Positions 29,854 to 40,600 of a stretch of 60,565 nt of DNA are shown piece by piece. Both the position numbers and the translations under genes were made by a program. The notes below the pieces were generated by a model. The model had not been told where the DNA came from. It ran no database searches and worked only from the letters and a program-made list of their open reading frames with translations. Source of the stretch: a virus (Duplodnaviria > Caudoviricetes); the IMG/VR virus record IMGVR_UViG_3300003690_000008, positions 1-60,565 of that record; one strand, 5' to 3'. Numbering within the stretch: position 1 is the first letter of the stretch; every line of letters starts with the position of its first letter.

Positions 29854-31290
29854 ATGCCTTTTTACAAAAAGAGCATTCTAAAAGTTGGCAAGTATCACTC
29901 GCCGGACGGCATTGTGAACGTCACGCCTAAGAGATTGAAGCACTGGGCAGAGATGCACAGGTCTCTTTTGGATGCCGGCCAGGTTGTCCCGGTTGAATGG
30001 GATCACGCTGACGATCCAACGCAAGCCATTCCGCTGTCGGCTGAAGAGTACAAAAAGAAACGAAGTGCCAAGAACACGGTTGGCCACCTCAAAGATTTCA
30101 AGGTTGCCGAAGACGGTAAGTCCGCTGAAATCGTAATGAACATCCTCAGAAAGTCTGCAAAAGAATCAGCGGAGTCTAATGCAGTTTTCGTCAGTCCGGT
30201 AATCTTTGGCCAGTGGCGGGACGGTGCCGGCAACGACTACAAGGACGTAATCACTCACATGGACTTCGTGAACCACCCTGTCGATAACAGCCAAGGCCCG
30301 TTCCAGAAGTGCGAACCAGGAACAATCGCCTGCGCTCTTCGCATGGGGCTAGACGTTGGCCATCCTGTTGTTTTTCGCATGGCTGATGATGTGGAAGATG
30401 ACACCAACGGAAAGAAGAAAAGATACCTCGACGACGACAAGGATGATGAAGGAGAAAAAATCGTTGAAATGGGCGAAGAAGATGACGACATGCTCGACGA
30501 CGACGAATACAAAAAGAAGAAAAAGAAGAGTTCCGATGACATGGACATGGAGGACATGGATTACGAAGACGACGATTATGACATTGACGAAATGGGCGAT
30601 GACGACGATGACGAAATGGGCGATGACGACGATGACATGGAAGAGGACCTCGGAATTAACGACGGCGACCCCGAGGAACAGGCTTTGGCTGCGAAGATTT
30701 CCGAGGACCTTGAAGCCGCTGGTATCTCTCCTCCAGAGGGCGTTGATCCCATTAGCGATCCAAAAGACTTCTTGCGACAGCTTTGTGCAGCCTTACGGCA
30801 AAAGGCCATGGATGAGCGCGACGATAAGCTTGACGAAGCCCAAGGCGAAAATAATGAACCAAACGACCTCGGAGATGAAGAAATGATGACAACTTCTCCT
30901 GAATTCGCGGCCCTTAGCCTGACTTCTAAAGTCACCCATCAATGGGCACAAAGACAGTTGAGGGACAAATTGAACGAGAGAGTAAGCCTCTGTTTGTCGG
31001 CAGGAAAAGTCCAGCCAAAGATGGCGGGATTACTAAGGAAGGCATTCAAGAATACAGTGCTTCGTTTGTCCAGAAACGGAAATCAAGAGAAGGGCGAGGC
31101 CGAGAGGCGGCTCGAAGTTTATGAATCCCTTCCCGATGGGGCGTACTGGCCTGGAGATCAGTCTGTGTTGCAATTGGCCATGTCAACGCAACCGAGCGAG
31201 GAAACATTGACCGGCGCAACCGGCAAGGAAGACGCCAAGAAGTACGTTGACGAACAGAAGGAAAGAAACCCCGGCATGTTTGTCGGGTAA
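29854..31290 (+). CDS. prohead protease/scaffold (Mu gpI-like)
   Basis: VPVEWDH...VG...VFVSPVI...ITHMDFVNHP, then an acidic scaffold; precedes decoration and capsid genes. Confidence 0.75.
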   Translation: MPFYKKSILKVGKYHSPDGIVNVTPKRLKHWAEMHRSLLDAGQVVPVEWDHADDPTQAIPLSAEEYKKKRSAKNTVGHLKDFKVAEDGKSAEIVMNILRKSAKESAESNAVFVSPVIFGQWRDGAGNDYKDVITHMDFVNHPVDNSQGPFQKCEPGTIACALRMGLDVGHPVVFRMADDVEDDTNGKKKRYLDDDKDDEGEKIVEMGEEDDDMLDDDEYKKKKKKSSDDMDMEDMDYEDDDYDIDEMGDDDDDEMGDDDDDMEEDLGINDGDPEEQALAAKISEDLEAAGISPPEGVDPISDPKDFLRQLCAALRQKAMDERDDKLDEAQGENNEPNDLGDEEMMTTSPEFAALSLTSKVTHQWAQRQLRDKLNERVSLCLSAGKVQPKMAGLLRKAFKNTVLRLSRNGNQEKGEAERRLEVYESLPDGAYWPGDQSVLQLAMSTQPSEETLTGATGKEDAKKYVDEQKERNPGMFVG

Positions 31291-31337
31291 GTCGCACAAG
31301 CTACGTTCCCAATGATTACCCCAAAAAGGGTTAGCTG

Positions 31338-32186
31338 ATGAACATTTCAAGATATGGTGGCGTACCGGGCATCGGAGCAATTGCGGAAACCGTCGAACGG
31401 GTTGTTTGGTGGGGCCGCGAGTACAACCTGCTTTATGTTGACAATCTGCTCATCGACAATGAGTCGGTTGACGCCGGGAGCACTCCCACATCCGAACTAC
31501 GTGCCGGCCTCATCATGGGCAAGCACACGTCGTCATCGAACTTGTATCAGTGGGACCCTGACGCCGTTGACGGTCGAGAGGAAATTGCGGGCGTGTTGCT
31601 CCGCGACATCTCCATGCTGGACCCGGATGGGAGCACAGAGGACAAGTACGGCCACGTTCTTTTGGCAGGCCCCATGAAGGCTGCCGACATGTTCATCGAA
31701 GGAACGGCCTTTACGACCAGCGGCGACGAGCACCTTGCCCGCCGGCAGATGGTTGGCTCTGGTAAGTTCATCATCGACGATGAGCTTACTGGTGCTGCGA
31801 ACTTCCTTGGTGGTCCACTCAAAAACAAGCAAATCACGACAACAACCCACACTGCTACGACAGCCGATAACGGAACCCGGTATACGTATTCCAATGCCGC
31901 TTCGGTTACCGTTACGCTGCCGACTCTTGAGTCCGGCCTGATATATGAGTTCCTTCGCACTGCAAACGAGGAGTTTATCATCGCTTCGGCGGCTGGTGAC
32001 GACATTGTAGTCGGAGGCGACTTGTCCGCTGACAGCGTGACGTTCACTACTGCCGGTGAACAAATTGGATGCTTGATTCACGTTGAATCCATCTACGTCG
32101 GAACCACGAAGAAGTGGCTCATGTACATACTTCCCGCCCCGCTGGGAGTTGGCCTCGACGCTTGGACGTATTCAATCGCAACGTAA
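31338..32186 (+). CDS. head decoration protein with C-terminal extra domain
   Basis: LRAGLIMGK...YQWDP.A.DG.E.IAGVL pattern; position. Confidence 0.65.
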   Translation: MNISRYGGVPGIGAIAETVERVVWWGREYNLLYVDNLLIDNESVDAGSTPTSELRAGLIMGKHTSSSNLYQWDPDAVDGREEIAGVLLRDISMLDPDGSTEDKYGHVLLAGPMKAADMFIEGTAFTTSGDEHLARRQMVGSGKFIIDDELTGAANFLGGPLKNKQITTTTHTATTADNGTRYTYSNAASVTVTLPTLESGLIYEFLRTANEEFIIASAAGDDIVVGGDLSADSVTFTTAGEQIGCLIHVESIYVGTTKKWLMYILPAPLGVGLDAWTYSIAT

Positions 32187-32234
32187 CCCAAAATTCATTT
32201 TAACTCACTGCCATCACCTTAAAGGAAACTGGAA

Positions 32235-32762
32235 ATGCCCAAGGATGACCTTCAGGATAAAGGGTACGCCAAACGAGAAGAGGAGCTAAGGGCGCGCGAG
32301 GAGCAAATGGTACTCCGCGAGGAATTGATTGTCCGTGAAACGGAAGCCATGCACTCCGAGAAGAAGATCGAGAAACACAAGCTCGAAGGTCGAGTCCAGG
32401 AACTTGAAAGCGCTATCAAGCAAGGAGGAGTCTCTGGCAGGGTTCAGCGAGGGGATAACGTCACCGTAAAGCGTGGCGACTTCCTGATCTACAAGGCAAA
32501 GCAAGGCGGCGTGGACCTTATTCAAGGCGGTTGGTTCAAGTGCCAAAAAGACGACAAGGTAAGCCGAGACTTACCGACAATGGCAGTTTCCAACAAAGGG
32601 TTTATTTACGACAGCGAAGTCGGAATGCCGTACCATCAAGTCGACATGAAATCGTACAAGGTATTCTGGAAGGACCCGGATAAACCACAGGTCGTCAGCG
32701 ATGGATTGCCGAAACCGATAATCATCACAAGCGAGCCTCAACTACAAGTAGCTGGAGTCTGA
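32235..32762 (+). CDS. hypothetical protein (N-terminal coiled coil)
   Basis: ORF with RBS. Confidence 0.6.
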   Translation: MPKDDLQDKGYAKREEELRAREEQMVLREELIVRETEAMHSEKKIEKHKLEGRVQELESAIKQGGVSGRVQRGDNVTVKRGDFLIYKAKQGGVDLIQGGWFKCQKDDKVSRDLPTMAVSNKGFIYDSEVGMPYHQVDMKSYKVFWKDPDKPQVVSDGLPKPIIITSEPQLQVAGV

Positions 32763-32795
32763 CCTCAACTGCCAACTTAACTGGAGTCTATCATA

Positions 32796-33893
32796 ATGGC
32801 CGTACTGCCAAGAATCTTGCATCCCTCGATTGTGAATGAGCGAATTTCACGATTGAAGGTCACTAACACCATCCTTCAGGATGCGTTCGGGATGCGATCC
32901 GGTGGCCCCAACGTCAGGCAGACTCCAAGCCGTCGCGGCTCTTACGACGTGTTCAACGACACCCGAGAAGTTGCAACAGCCGTATTGCCTGGTGGCCACG
33001 CTCAGACCATCGCTCGCAACCCAGTGGGCAATGTGCCATTCACTGTTCCTCGGTCTGCCGAGAAGCTCCCGTTGTTGATGGAAGAGTTGAATCAGTTGCG
33101 TGCCATTGGCGGTCCTGTTGACGGCGTAGACTCCCTCGGCGAACGCTACATCATGGACCAGGAGCGAGTATTCAAGCAGCGGAACACAAACCTCCGAGAG
33201 TTCCAGATTTCGGCCATGCTTCGCGGTAGTTACACCTGGACCCGCGCCGGCACTTCGTTTACTCATGCGTACAGCGGCGGGACAACGACAGTCAACTATC
33301 AGATTCCCGCCGCCAACAAGACCCAGCTTAACATGACCGGTGGCGGTAGCATTCTCGGGACAGCCTGGGACAATTCAGCCGCGCCAATCGTCCGGGACCT
33401 CCTGGCAATCAACTCGGCTTTCAATCAGGTTGTCGGCCAAGGATTGACGGACATCTGGTGCAGTTCTGTTGTTTGGGGTTTTGTCATCACGAACACCGAA
33501 GTCCAGAATCTTGCCGGTTCGGCTTCTAGCCCCGTGGAAAGCTTCCAGCGTGATACCGACAAGCAGACATTCACAGCCGTCATCCGAGGCGCTCCATGGG
33601 TAACCTGGCACGTCACGGACAACGGATTGAACCTGACCGGAACATTCACCAAGCTGATCGCGGACACCGACGCGGTGTTCCTGACGCCCATGGACTCAAG
33701 CGTGGCCGCGTACTACGAGTGTCCAGAGCCGGTTGTGGACCCCGTGACCAACCAGCAATCGAATCAGTTCGGCGAGTACTATTACCACAAACTGATCGAC
33801 GATCCAGTGAGCTACGAGTTCCACGGAAGGCACAATGGATTGCCGGTGCTGTTCGTTCCATCCGCCATTGCCTATGGAACTGTCGATTTCTGA
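32796..33893 (+). CDS. major capsid protein (lambda gpE/Mu-like)
   Basis: 365 aa; REFQISAMLRG, VNYQIPAANK, AWDNSAAPIVRDL, GLPVLFVP; followed by a terminator. Confidence 0.8.
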   Translation: MAVLPRILHPSIVNERISRLKVTNTILQDAFGMRSGGPNVRQTPSRRGSYDVFNDTREVATAVLPGGHAQTIARNPVGNVPFTVPRSAEKLPLLMEELNQLRAIGGPVDGVDSLGERYIMDQERVFKQRNTNLREFQISAMLRGSYTWTRAGTSFTHAYSGGTTTVNYQIPAANKTQLNMTGGGSILGTAWDNSAAPIVRDLLAINSAFNQVVGQGLTDIWCSSVVWGFVITNTEVQNLAGSASSPVESFQRDTDKQTFTAVIRGAPWVTWHVTDNGLNLTGTFTKLIADTDAVFLTPMDSSVAAYYECPEPVVDPVTNQQSNQFGEYYYHKLIDDPVSYEFHGRHNGLPVLFVPSAIAYGTVDF

Positions 33894-33920
33894 TAAACCA
33901 ACAACGAAATGGTGATGAGC

Positions 33921-33957
33921 AAGGGCCGAGTCGGCTAAGTCGGCTCGGCCTTTTTTG
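33921..33957 (+). terminator. intrinsic terminator after capsid gene
   Basis: GGCCGAGTCG-7nt-CGGCTCGGCC-TTTTTT. Confidence 0.85.
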
Positions 33958-33971
33958 ATAAAGACAAAAAC

Positions 33972-34475
33972 ATGCCATCATACACATCAAAAACCCTGAT
34001 GGAGCAGAAGATCGGAATTGCGGCAGTGATAGCGCATAGCGATCACGAGAGTACCGGGTCAGCAGTGACGCTTGTAATCGCCGATGCGATCAATCAGGCC
34101 ACCGAGGAGATCAACTTTTACGCTCGACACAGATACTCAGCAACAGCGCTGGCCGGCAGCACATTGATTACCCGGTGGGCCACGACTCTAGCTTGCTACT
34201 TCCTGATGCAAAACCGAGGAAACCCAGAACCGTTTTCTTTGTCCAATGAGTTCGACCGAATAATGAAGAATCTGGCAATGGTCGGAAAGGGATCGCAACG
34301 ACTACCTGACGTTGCTTTTGAAAACGATATGCGGCCAACCATGAGTAACCGCAGAATCGACAGGCGGTACAAGACAGATACGGTTAGAGTTACTCGCCAG
34401 AACTCGACAGATGCGCCTACCAAGTTGACGCAAGATCGAGCGGAGATTTACCCGTCGTCTCTGGATAAGGTGTAA
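33972..34475 (+). CDS. head-tail adaptor (Mu gp36/DUF1320-like)
   Basis: SYTS...AINQATEEINFY...RY...LACYFL..R; position. Confidence 0.75.
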   Translation: MPSYTSKTLMEQKIGIAAVIAHSDHESTGSAVTLVIADAINQATEEINFYARHRYSATALAGSTLITRWATTLACYFLMQNRGNPEPFSLSNEFDRIMKNLAMVGKGSQRLPDVAFENDMRPTMSNRRIDRRYKTDTVRVTRQNSTDAPTKLTQDRAEIYPSSLDKV

Positions 34476-35233
34476 TGCCAACGATTGAATTTGTCGGAAC
34501 CTATGACGATGTTGTCGCCAAGATCAACGAACTGGCTGCAATATTTTCAGGAGAGGCAGTAGATTTTCAGGACATCGGAAAGGGGTTTGTTTCAGCGATT
34601 GGATTCGCGGCATTGAGCGACATTCACGAAGCGTATGTCACCAAGGCTCGCGGTGGAACGGACGCGATGGGAATACAATGGCCTCCACTAAAGCCGGCCA
34701 CAATCGCCAACAGAAAGGTCGGAAGGAAAGACAAGCAGCAGAATGAAGCAATCCGAACAAGAGAGAAGATACGTAAGCGGGAGTTCAAGAAGTTGTTTGG
34801 TAGGTTCTTGTTGTCGTTGCCGGAGAATGAGGCCCGTACCAGGGCGCTTCAGGTAGCCGGTGCCAGGGCAACCAGAGAAATGGGAAAGAATAAAATTGAA
34901 ACCCTCGGCGGTAGGTCCGTCGAGATACTCAGGGACACGGGGATACTACTCAACAGTTTGTCACCAGGGGAGCTACAAGGGGCCAATTACAGCCCCCCGT
35001 CGCTAGAAGGCTCTGGGTATCAGATATTCACAGCAGGCAACGGAGAGGTGATCGTAGGGACGAACGTGAAATATGCGAGGACACACCAGGACGGAGCCCC
35101 GGATCGCAACATACCACGGAGGCAGTTTTTGCCAGACGAGAATTCAGAGATACCTCACTCGTGGCTGGATAACTGGGGAGACGCGGCACGCAGGGCTACG
35201 GAGGCGGCGATAACAATTTACCTAGCCGCATGA
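34475..35233 (+). CDS. virion morphogenesis protein (Mu gpG-like)
   Basis: WPPLKPATI, ILRDTGILLNSL, VGTNVKYARTHQ.G, IPRRQFL. Confidence 0.85.
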   Translation: MPTIEFVGTYDDVVAKINELAAIFSGEAVDFQDIGKGFVSAIGFAALSDIHEAYVTKARGGTDAMGIQWPPLKPATIANRKVGRKDKQQNEAIRTREKIRKREFKKLFGRFLLSLPENEARTRALQVAGARATREMGKNKIETLGGRSVEILRDTGILLNSLSPGELQGANYSPPSLEGSGYQIFTAGNGEVIVGTNVKYARTHQDGAPDRNIPRRQFLPDENSEIPHSWLDNWGDAARRATEAAITIYLAA

Positions 35234-35236
35234 CAA

Positions 35237-35788
35237 ATGGCCGTTGATTATTATTCAGAGACGGCGCTTTTGCTGGCGGTACGAAATAGACTCAGGAGCC
35301 AGGTAACCGCTTTTACAACGGATACCTGCCAGATCGAATACGATGAACTTGCTCCGGCGACAGTGGGCGATTTGTATGTGGTTGTGCTGCCTGGAGGTAT
35401 AACACCAGGGCCGGTTCACAACAGAAGCGGAACAGTAGTTGATGAGATCATAGGAATTGACGTATCGGTAATCATACGAATACCAGGATACCCAAGGGAC
35501 AGGCGGCGAGAGAAGTTTATTGATGCCTCGGCCAGCTTGAACGCCCACTTGGCAGACGTAAGAAAGCAGATTGATTGGTCGTACACCATCAACGACGACG
35601 CCCTGACCTTGATAACAGCGCAGACAAGTTCCACGGAGGAATTTATTATCCCACTGAGGTTTGCTGGAATAGAAGCAAGACCGAGGCTCGTGCCGTCTGA
35701 GGTATTCGCCGCCAAACCAGGGGAGACCGCAGCGGGATTGAAGAGGGGTATTCAATTTCGAGGTGCCCGCAGAATCCAAACGATATGA
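35237..35788 (+). CDS. putative tail terminator/completion protein
   Basis: Position and size only. Confidence 0.45.
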   Translation: MAVDYYSETALLLAVRNRLRSQVTAFTTDTCQIEYDELAPATVGDLYVVVLPGGITPGPVHNRSGTVVDEIIGIDVSVIIRIPGYPRDRRREKFIDASASLNAHLADVRKQIDWSYTINDDALTLITAQTSSTEEFIIPLRFAGIEARPRLVPSEVFAAKPGETAAGLKRGIQFRGARRIQTI

Positions 35789-36240
35789 TCATGCCAGAAC
35801 CAACAGCAAAAAAACCTGTCGCCGGAATGGCCAAGCCAGTAGTTACAGTGGCCAAGCAGGTAAAGTCCCACCCTAGCGTCAGGTATCCAGAACGGACAAC
35901 CAAGCAACCATTGCACTGGCGGTGCATCAATCCAGAGTGCGTTGAAAATAGAGAATGGTTCGAGTGGACAGGGGACGATGCCGAGTGTCCAAAGTGCAAG
36001 CAGGTTCCGCCGGGGATCGTACTACTGGCGCTGATTCATCTTCTAGTGAAAGACCCAGAAGGGAAGATACAGGGCCAATTCGCTCGCTATAGAATAGCCT
36101 GTGATCCCGGAAAAGACTACATCGCCACCCCCGGTAACAATGAGGCCGGCACAAACAATCCTAATGTGGCCAATTGCCCTGGATGCCTAAAAGCCGTTGG
36201 GCACTCTGTCTCTACGGATTTGATTGGCCGATCAATATAA
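35785..36240 (+). CDS. Cys-rich hypothetical protein
   Basis: CINPEC, CPKC, IHLL, IAC and CPGC motifs. Confidence 0.55.
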   Translation: MIMPEPTAKKPVAGMAKPVVTVAKQVKSHPSVRYPERTTKQPLHWRCINPECVENREWFEWTGDDAECPKCKQVPPGIVLLALIHLLVKDPEGKIQGQFARYRIACDPGKDYIATPGNNEAGTNNPNVANCPGCLKAVGHSVSTDLIGRSI

Positions 36241-36252
36241 AAAGGTGATATC

Positions 36253-36738
36253 ATGGGAAGTTTCATAGCTGGCTCTTACTCAGTAACCTGGAATACAGCC
36301 GCACTAGGCCAGTTGGAGGCTGGTGCCACGATAGAACACCGTGATTTCAAAAGAATTATTACAGGAGACAATTACGCCGATACGCCGCAGGATGCGATTC
36401 ATCGAGGCAACGAAGTGTTTGCCCAGATGACTCTAATTGAATACGCAGCAGCCGGCATTGCTGCTGCTATCTCGCCAGGATCAACAGCTTATCTGGATTT
36501 TGATCGCATCATAGGAACACTGGACGTTGGGTCTGGAACTGCCAATGCCAAGGTTTTGGTGTTGACTGCCCTTGCCGGTACTCCAGCGGCGGCGGTCCCC
36601 GCATCGATCACATTTTCCGCAGCCATACTTGCAGAGGGGTTTCCGGTGTCGATCCTTTTCGCGCCAGACCTAAGAACAGTACCGATCCGCTTCCGTTGCT
36701 ATCCAGACTCAAATCACAAATATGCAGCACTTGCGTAG
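36253..36738 (+). CDS. putative tail tube protein
   Basis: 161 aa; GSYSVTWN..LG..E.G..I pattern; position. Confidence 0.55.
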   Translation: MGSFIAGSYSVTWNTAALGQLEAGATIEHRDFKRIITGDNYADTPQDAIHRGNEVFAQMTLIEYAAAGIAAAISPGSTAYLDFDRIIGTLDVGSGTANAKVLVLTALAGTPAAAVPASITFSAAILAEGFPVSILFAPDLRTVPIRFRCYPDSNHKYAALA

Positions 36739-36752
36739 AAGAATGAAATAGT

Positions 36753-37982
36753 GTGCCTACTGACTTCACAATTCGAGTTGTCGAAGAAGCATCTCGCCGC
36801 ACATCTGGCGGCGGAGTTACCGGTCCAAGCGGATCGTCTGCACCACGAGGCCCAGCCAAGTCTCCCAAGTCTGCACCGGAAGAGGCAGCCCAGAAGAAAC
36901 AAAGTAAAGACGTAGCGGATCAGTTCCGTGAAATTACAAAACTCGGAAGGGACCTTGCTGGAGCACTTGGCCTTGGTGGATTTCTAGGGGTTATCACTAA
37001 GGTTACGGGTGCCGTCAAAACTCTCGTTGCGGTCATAACTGCCGCAAGTGCTGTTGAGGGAGCAAGAGCAGGGTTCAAAGGCGTTGGGGGGGCGGCACGG
37101 GTTGGGGCCAGAATCTTAGGTGCCGCCATAGACAGGGGCTCTTTTAGGGGAGTAGGCTCTGCGGCTGGCGGAGTTGGTAGAACTGGAACATCCCTGGCAG
37201 TAAGAGGTGGCGGCACTGCCGTTGCGGCCAGAGCCGGAACAGCCTTAGCTGTAAGAGGTGGGGCTGCTGCTGGTGGCACTGCTGTCAGCGGCACTGCTGC
37301 TACCGGTGTTGCCGTCGCTGGAGGAGGGGCTGCTGCTGGCTCTCTTTCTCTCCCTGTCATCGGCATTGCGATAGCTGCATTCATAGCAGCCACAACAGCA
37401 GCCGTAGTTGCACTCAAGTTATTGACAGGTGCCTTAGACAAGGCTGCTGCACCTTTAGTAGGGCTATCTCCAGAATTATCCGCCGCCGCAGCACATGCCG
37501 ATGTCGCCAGGCTAATGCGCGATATAGATCGAGCGGAAAGGCTAGGGCCAGGTCTCGCTGAAGTACAGAACACAAGAGTGAAGTTTGAGTTGATGATGTC
37601 GGAGGTCTGGACTCAAATCCTGGAGAACATGTTAAGACTGATAGAACCGATGTTGCCGTTTATCGAGCTTGCGGTTCAAACAATGACAGCTATCGTTAGT
37701 CTTTTTGGTTTATTAGTGGACACTGCGTTTGCAATCCTCAAGGCACTCTCGCCGCTGTGGCTAATACAAAAGATATTAGATGCTCTTTCTACGGATCACA
37801 AAAAGCTCTTTCTGACCATAAGGGAATTTCACGCACAATATCTTGATGATGCTGATACAAAGCTAGATACGTTTACCGATCAGTTTATGAAACTTGTTCC
37901 ACTTAAAAAGGGAATGCCTCCCATTGACGGAAGAAACACACGCGGAGAGGCAAACCTACCACCAAAAGACCCAGAAGAGTAG
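36753..37982 (+). CDS. putative short tape-measure protein
   Basis: Ala/Gly-rich with hydrophobic helices; follows the tube gene. Confidence 0.55.
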   Translation: MPTDFTIRVVEEASRRTSGGGVTGPSGSSAPRGPAKSPKSAPEEAAQKKQSKDVADQFREITKLGRDLAGALGLGGFLGVITKVTGAVKTLVAVITAASAVEGARAGFKGVGGAARVGARILGAAIDRGSFRGVGSAAGGVGRTGTSLAVRGGGTAVAARAGTALAVRGGAAAGGTAVSGTAATGVAVAGGGAAAGSLSLPVIGIAIAAFIAATTAAVVALKLLTGALDKAAAPLVGLSPELSAAAAHADVARLMRDIDRAERLGPGLAEVQNTRVKFELMMSEVWTQILENMLRLIEPMLPFIELAVQTMTAIVSLFGLLVDTAFAILKALSPLWLIQKILDALSTDHKKLFLTIREFHAQYLDDADTKLDTFTDQFMKLVPLKKGMPPIDGRNTRGEANLPPKDPEE

Positions 37983-37984
37983 GA

Positions 37985-39802
37985 GTGGGAATAATGGCGA
38001 CTGTCGGCCTCCCTGTCGTTGGGCACCTAAATTACAACGGCTACACATTCGACGGCGCAACGCATATCAAGGTTCGCTCCGAACCACAGTATGATGAAGC
38101 GCAGAGAGTTATAACATACGTCAAACACGAGATAACTGTTGATGCTATCATAACCCCCGACTCAACATCAGGAACTAGCACGGATAGCGCAATGCTCAAC
38201 ATCAGAAGGAGGTTACTGCAACAAGGCGGAGCACTTATTCTAACCGGAAAAGGGTTTGGCAATGACATCATAGTAAACGTCAGCGATGGCGGGTATGCCG
38301 GCGGCAGCGGCGCGAAGCGAGATGTTAGATGGGGTCCAATACCGAGAATCTTGGCGTGGGAGCCAATTGGAAGCAAGGCCGCATGTCTTGTTACGTGGGC
38401 ATGCACTACATGTGTTCCTCTGTGCCCAGCAGGCATCGCTACCACAGGAGCCTCCGCTAAGTTGGCGTGGAATTACTCTATTAACTTCAGCATTGATCGC
38501 GGAATCACAACAAGAACCATAACCGGATACCTTGAAATCCCACAAACCAGACGAGCTAACATAGTACTAGGAAAAGCATCAACTATCGTGTGGCTTTCAG
38601 TGGATCGGGAATGGGAGGCAGTAATCGGGCCTCCTCTTTTTGGATTTGAAAGGTCCACCAATCGAACGATAAGCAAAAACCGATCTCGAATCGACTATAC
38701 GATTACAGACACAGAGATACCCTCTAATAACGCATATCCACTTGGGATGACTCACGCCAGCGGAGACTACTCAGTGCGATGGAAGAGAGGAAGTAAAGAA
38801 AGCGTATTGTATCGAAGCACGCTGAGCATGGACCTTGAGACGGCTCCCGGAGTTTCTGGGACATGGGCCTGGGTTGTTTTCCTAAAGGAAGCCCAGAGAC
38901 GTATCGAATTTGCCTTAAAAGAGAGCAGCAGCAGCGATCCCCTGAAAAAACAATTCGCAATTGTGAATGAAATTAGCCTCCGTGAATCAATTTTTTCCAG
39001 AGAGTGTTCATTTCGCGTTTCGTGGGTGTTTACCAGTAGCATCAAGGATTTCATGGAGGATTCTGGTCTGTGGACTCCGATTAAAGGAACCGACTGGAAT
39101 AAATGGAGACAGTCTCTTGCTCACTCGGAGTTCCATCCCAGGGGCGTAGCTCAATTAAGCAATCAACCGGGAAATGATATTATCGTTGACTTGTGCTTGG
39201 GTTCGCAGCCGAAATTGCATGACAATACACTTATTGGGTATGGGTATCCAGATAAGATGAAATTTGGACTCAAGAACAAGAAGCCACCAAAAAAGACCAG
39301 TTGGCTCGATTACTTCTCTAGTTACACCATACAAAAAAGCTCGGCTCTGTCCAAGCAGAGGTATCTCCAGGGACCTGAAACTGACAGCGGAAGCGCGTCG
39401 CAAGACGAAGGGAAGCCATCCTACCCGACAAGAAACGGGACGGCAGATGTTATACAACTAGCTGGAGAGACTGGTTATAGTGTAATCTATGAAGGCAACG
39501 CAGAGCGTGCTGGGTGGCCGATACCAAGACCCAAGATAGAAAAAATTGGAGGGCAGGACGCCGTGGAGAGGGAAGGGTTCTTCAAGACCGGTGTCGTTGC
39601 CAACCTGCTAGGCATTCAGATTTACCGCGCTGCCTGGAGCATTGAGTACGAATTAGCCGGAAGTCCCATGGACATAGATTCAGCAGGTCCACTCGGGAAT
39701 CCCCACGAAGACATAGATTCAAGTGACACGCCAGTAACCTTAGCCGCAAGCGCGGGCTCACCAACATCGTCCAGGCTGTCACCCACAACAACGCAGTCGT
39801 AA
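37985..39802 (+). CDS. putative tail tip/hub protein
   Basis: ~600-aa beta-rich ORF after the TMP; LNYNGYTF N-terminus. Confidence 0.5.
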   Translation: MGIMATVGLPVVGHLNYNGYTFDGATHIKVRSEPQYDEAQRVITYVKHEITVDAIITPDSTSGTSTDSAMLNIRRRLLQQGGALILTGKGFGNDIIVNVSDGGYAGGSGAKRDVRWGPIPRILAWEPIGSKAACLVTWACTTCVPLCPAGIATTGASAKLAWNYSINFSIDRGITTRTITGYLEIPQTRRANIVLGKASTIVWLSVDREWEAVIGPPLFGFERSTNRTISKNRSRIDYTITDTEIPSNNAYPLGMTHASGDYSVRWKRGSKESVLYRSTLSMDLETAPGVSGTWAWVVFLKEAQRRIEFALKESSSSDPLKKQFAIVNEISLRESIFSRECSFRVSWVFTSSIKDFMEDSGLWTPIKGTDWNKWRQSLAHSEFHPRGVAQLSNQPGNDIIVDLCLGSQPKLHDNTLIGYGYPDKMKFGLKNKKPPKKTSWLDYFSSYTIQKSSALSKQRYLQGPETDSGSASQDEGKPSYPTRNGTADVIQLAGETGYSVIYEGNAERAGWPIPRPKIEKIGGQDAVEREGFFKTGVVANLLGIQIYRAAWSIEYELAGSPMDIDSAGPLGNPHEDIDSSDTPVTLAASAGSPTSSRLSPTTTQS

Positions 39803-39827
39803 TCAATCTCCAAAGAAAGGATGAGTC

Positions 39828-40597
39828 ATGGACGAGAAAACCGACAACAATGACCTCATGCAGATAATCACCCCCAGCGGGTCGGTTGATGTCAGCATGC
39901 TAAAGGTAATGATCGCAATCGACCGGCTTTTTTCCGAGCACGACCTCATCAACGCAAAGAACAACATAAGCCCCGAATTCTTAGTGGCCTTGGCTGGTGA
40001 GATATCGTCGATTGGTGAATGCGAGTGCTCTCCGACTGCCGCCTGGAAAGCATGGATGGATGCCGACAAGGTGCTGCTAGAGGAAGACGACAGCCTTACT
40101 GTCATCACCGTGCATGGAATCAAGATTGACCTGATAATGGCTAGGTTGGAAATGGAAGAAATAGAAGATGCCCATACTGTATCCAGCAAAAAATTCCAAC
40201 CTAGCGAAGAGTTTGCCGAGAGTCTTGTTAGGTGGATAAAGTCAAAGGGAGTTGACACCTGCACGCCAAGCGAGGCATATCACATCTGGAGGACGGCGTT
40301 CGTCAAGCTTGAGACGTTAAAAAAAAATACCGTGTCGAGTCCGATATAAGCTATTGGTACGGCATAAACGGATTTAGATTGCAAGCCGACGAAAGAGCAG
40401 CGCTATTCGGAAACATAAAGAGAGTCCAGGCACAGCAGCAGGTAATAGATGACGATTACGACATATCCGACTACGACGGCGTGTACAGGTTATTCATGCT
40501 TGCTTACGGTAAGAAGTCTTATGCTGAAAAGATGAAGCTGAAGGCATTAGAGGAGCACGTCAAGAGGAATTGTAACGTCGTTTCAGGTAAGAGATAA
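39828..40597 (+). CDS. tail-assembly-chaperone-like pair (39828-40349 plus -1 frameshift extension to 40597)
   Basis: TTA AAA AAA AAT at 40317-40328; the -1 frame reads YRVESDISYWYG... into ORF 40379-40597. Confidence 0.65.
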
Positions 40598-40600
40598 ACC

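Noticed and set aside
30400-30650. GAC/GAT-rich repeats as a non-coding repeat element
   Set aside because: They encode the acidic scaffold linker (DEMGDDDD)
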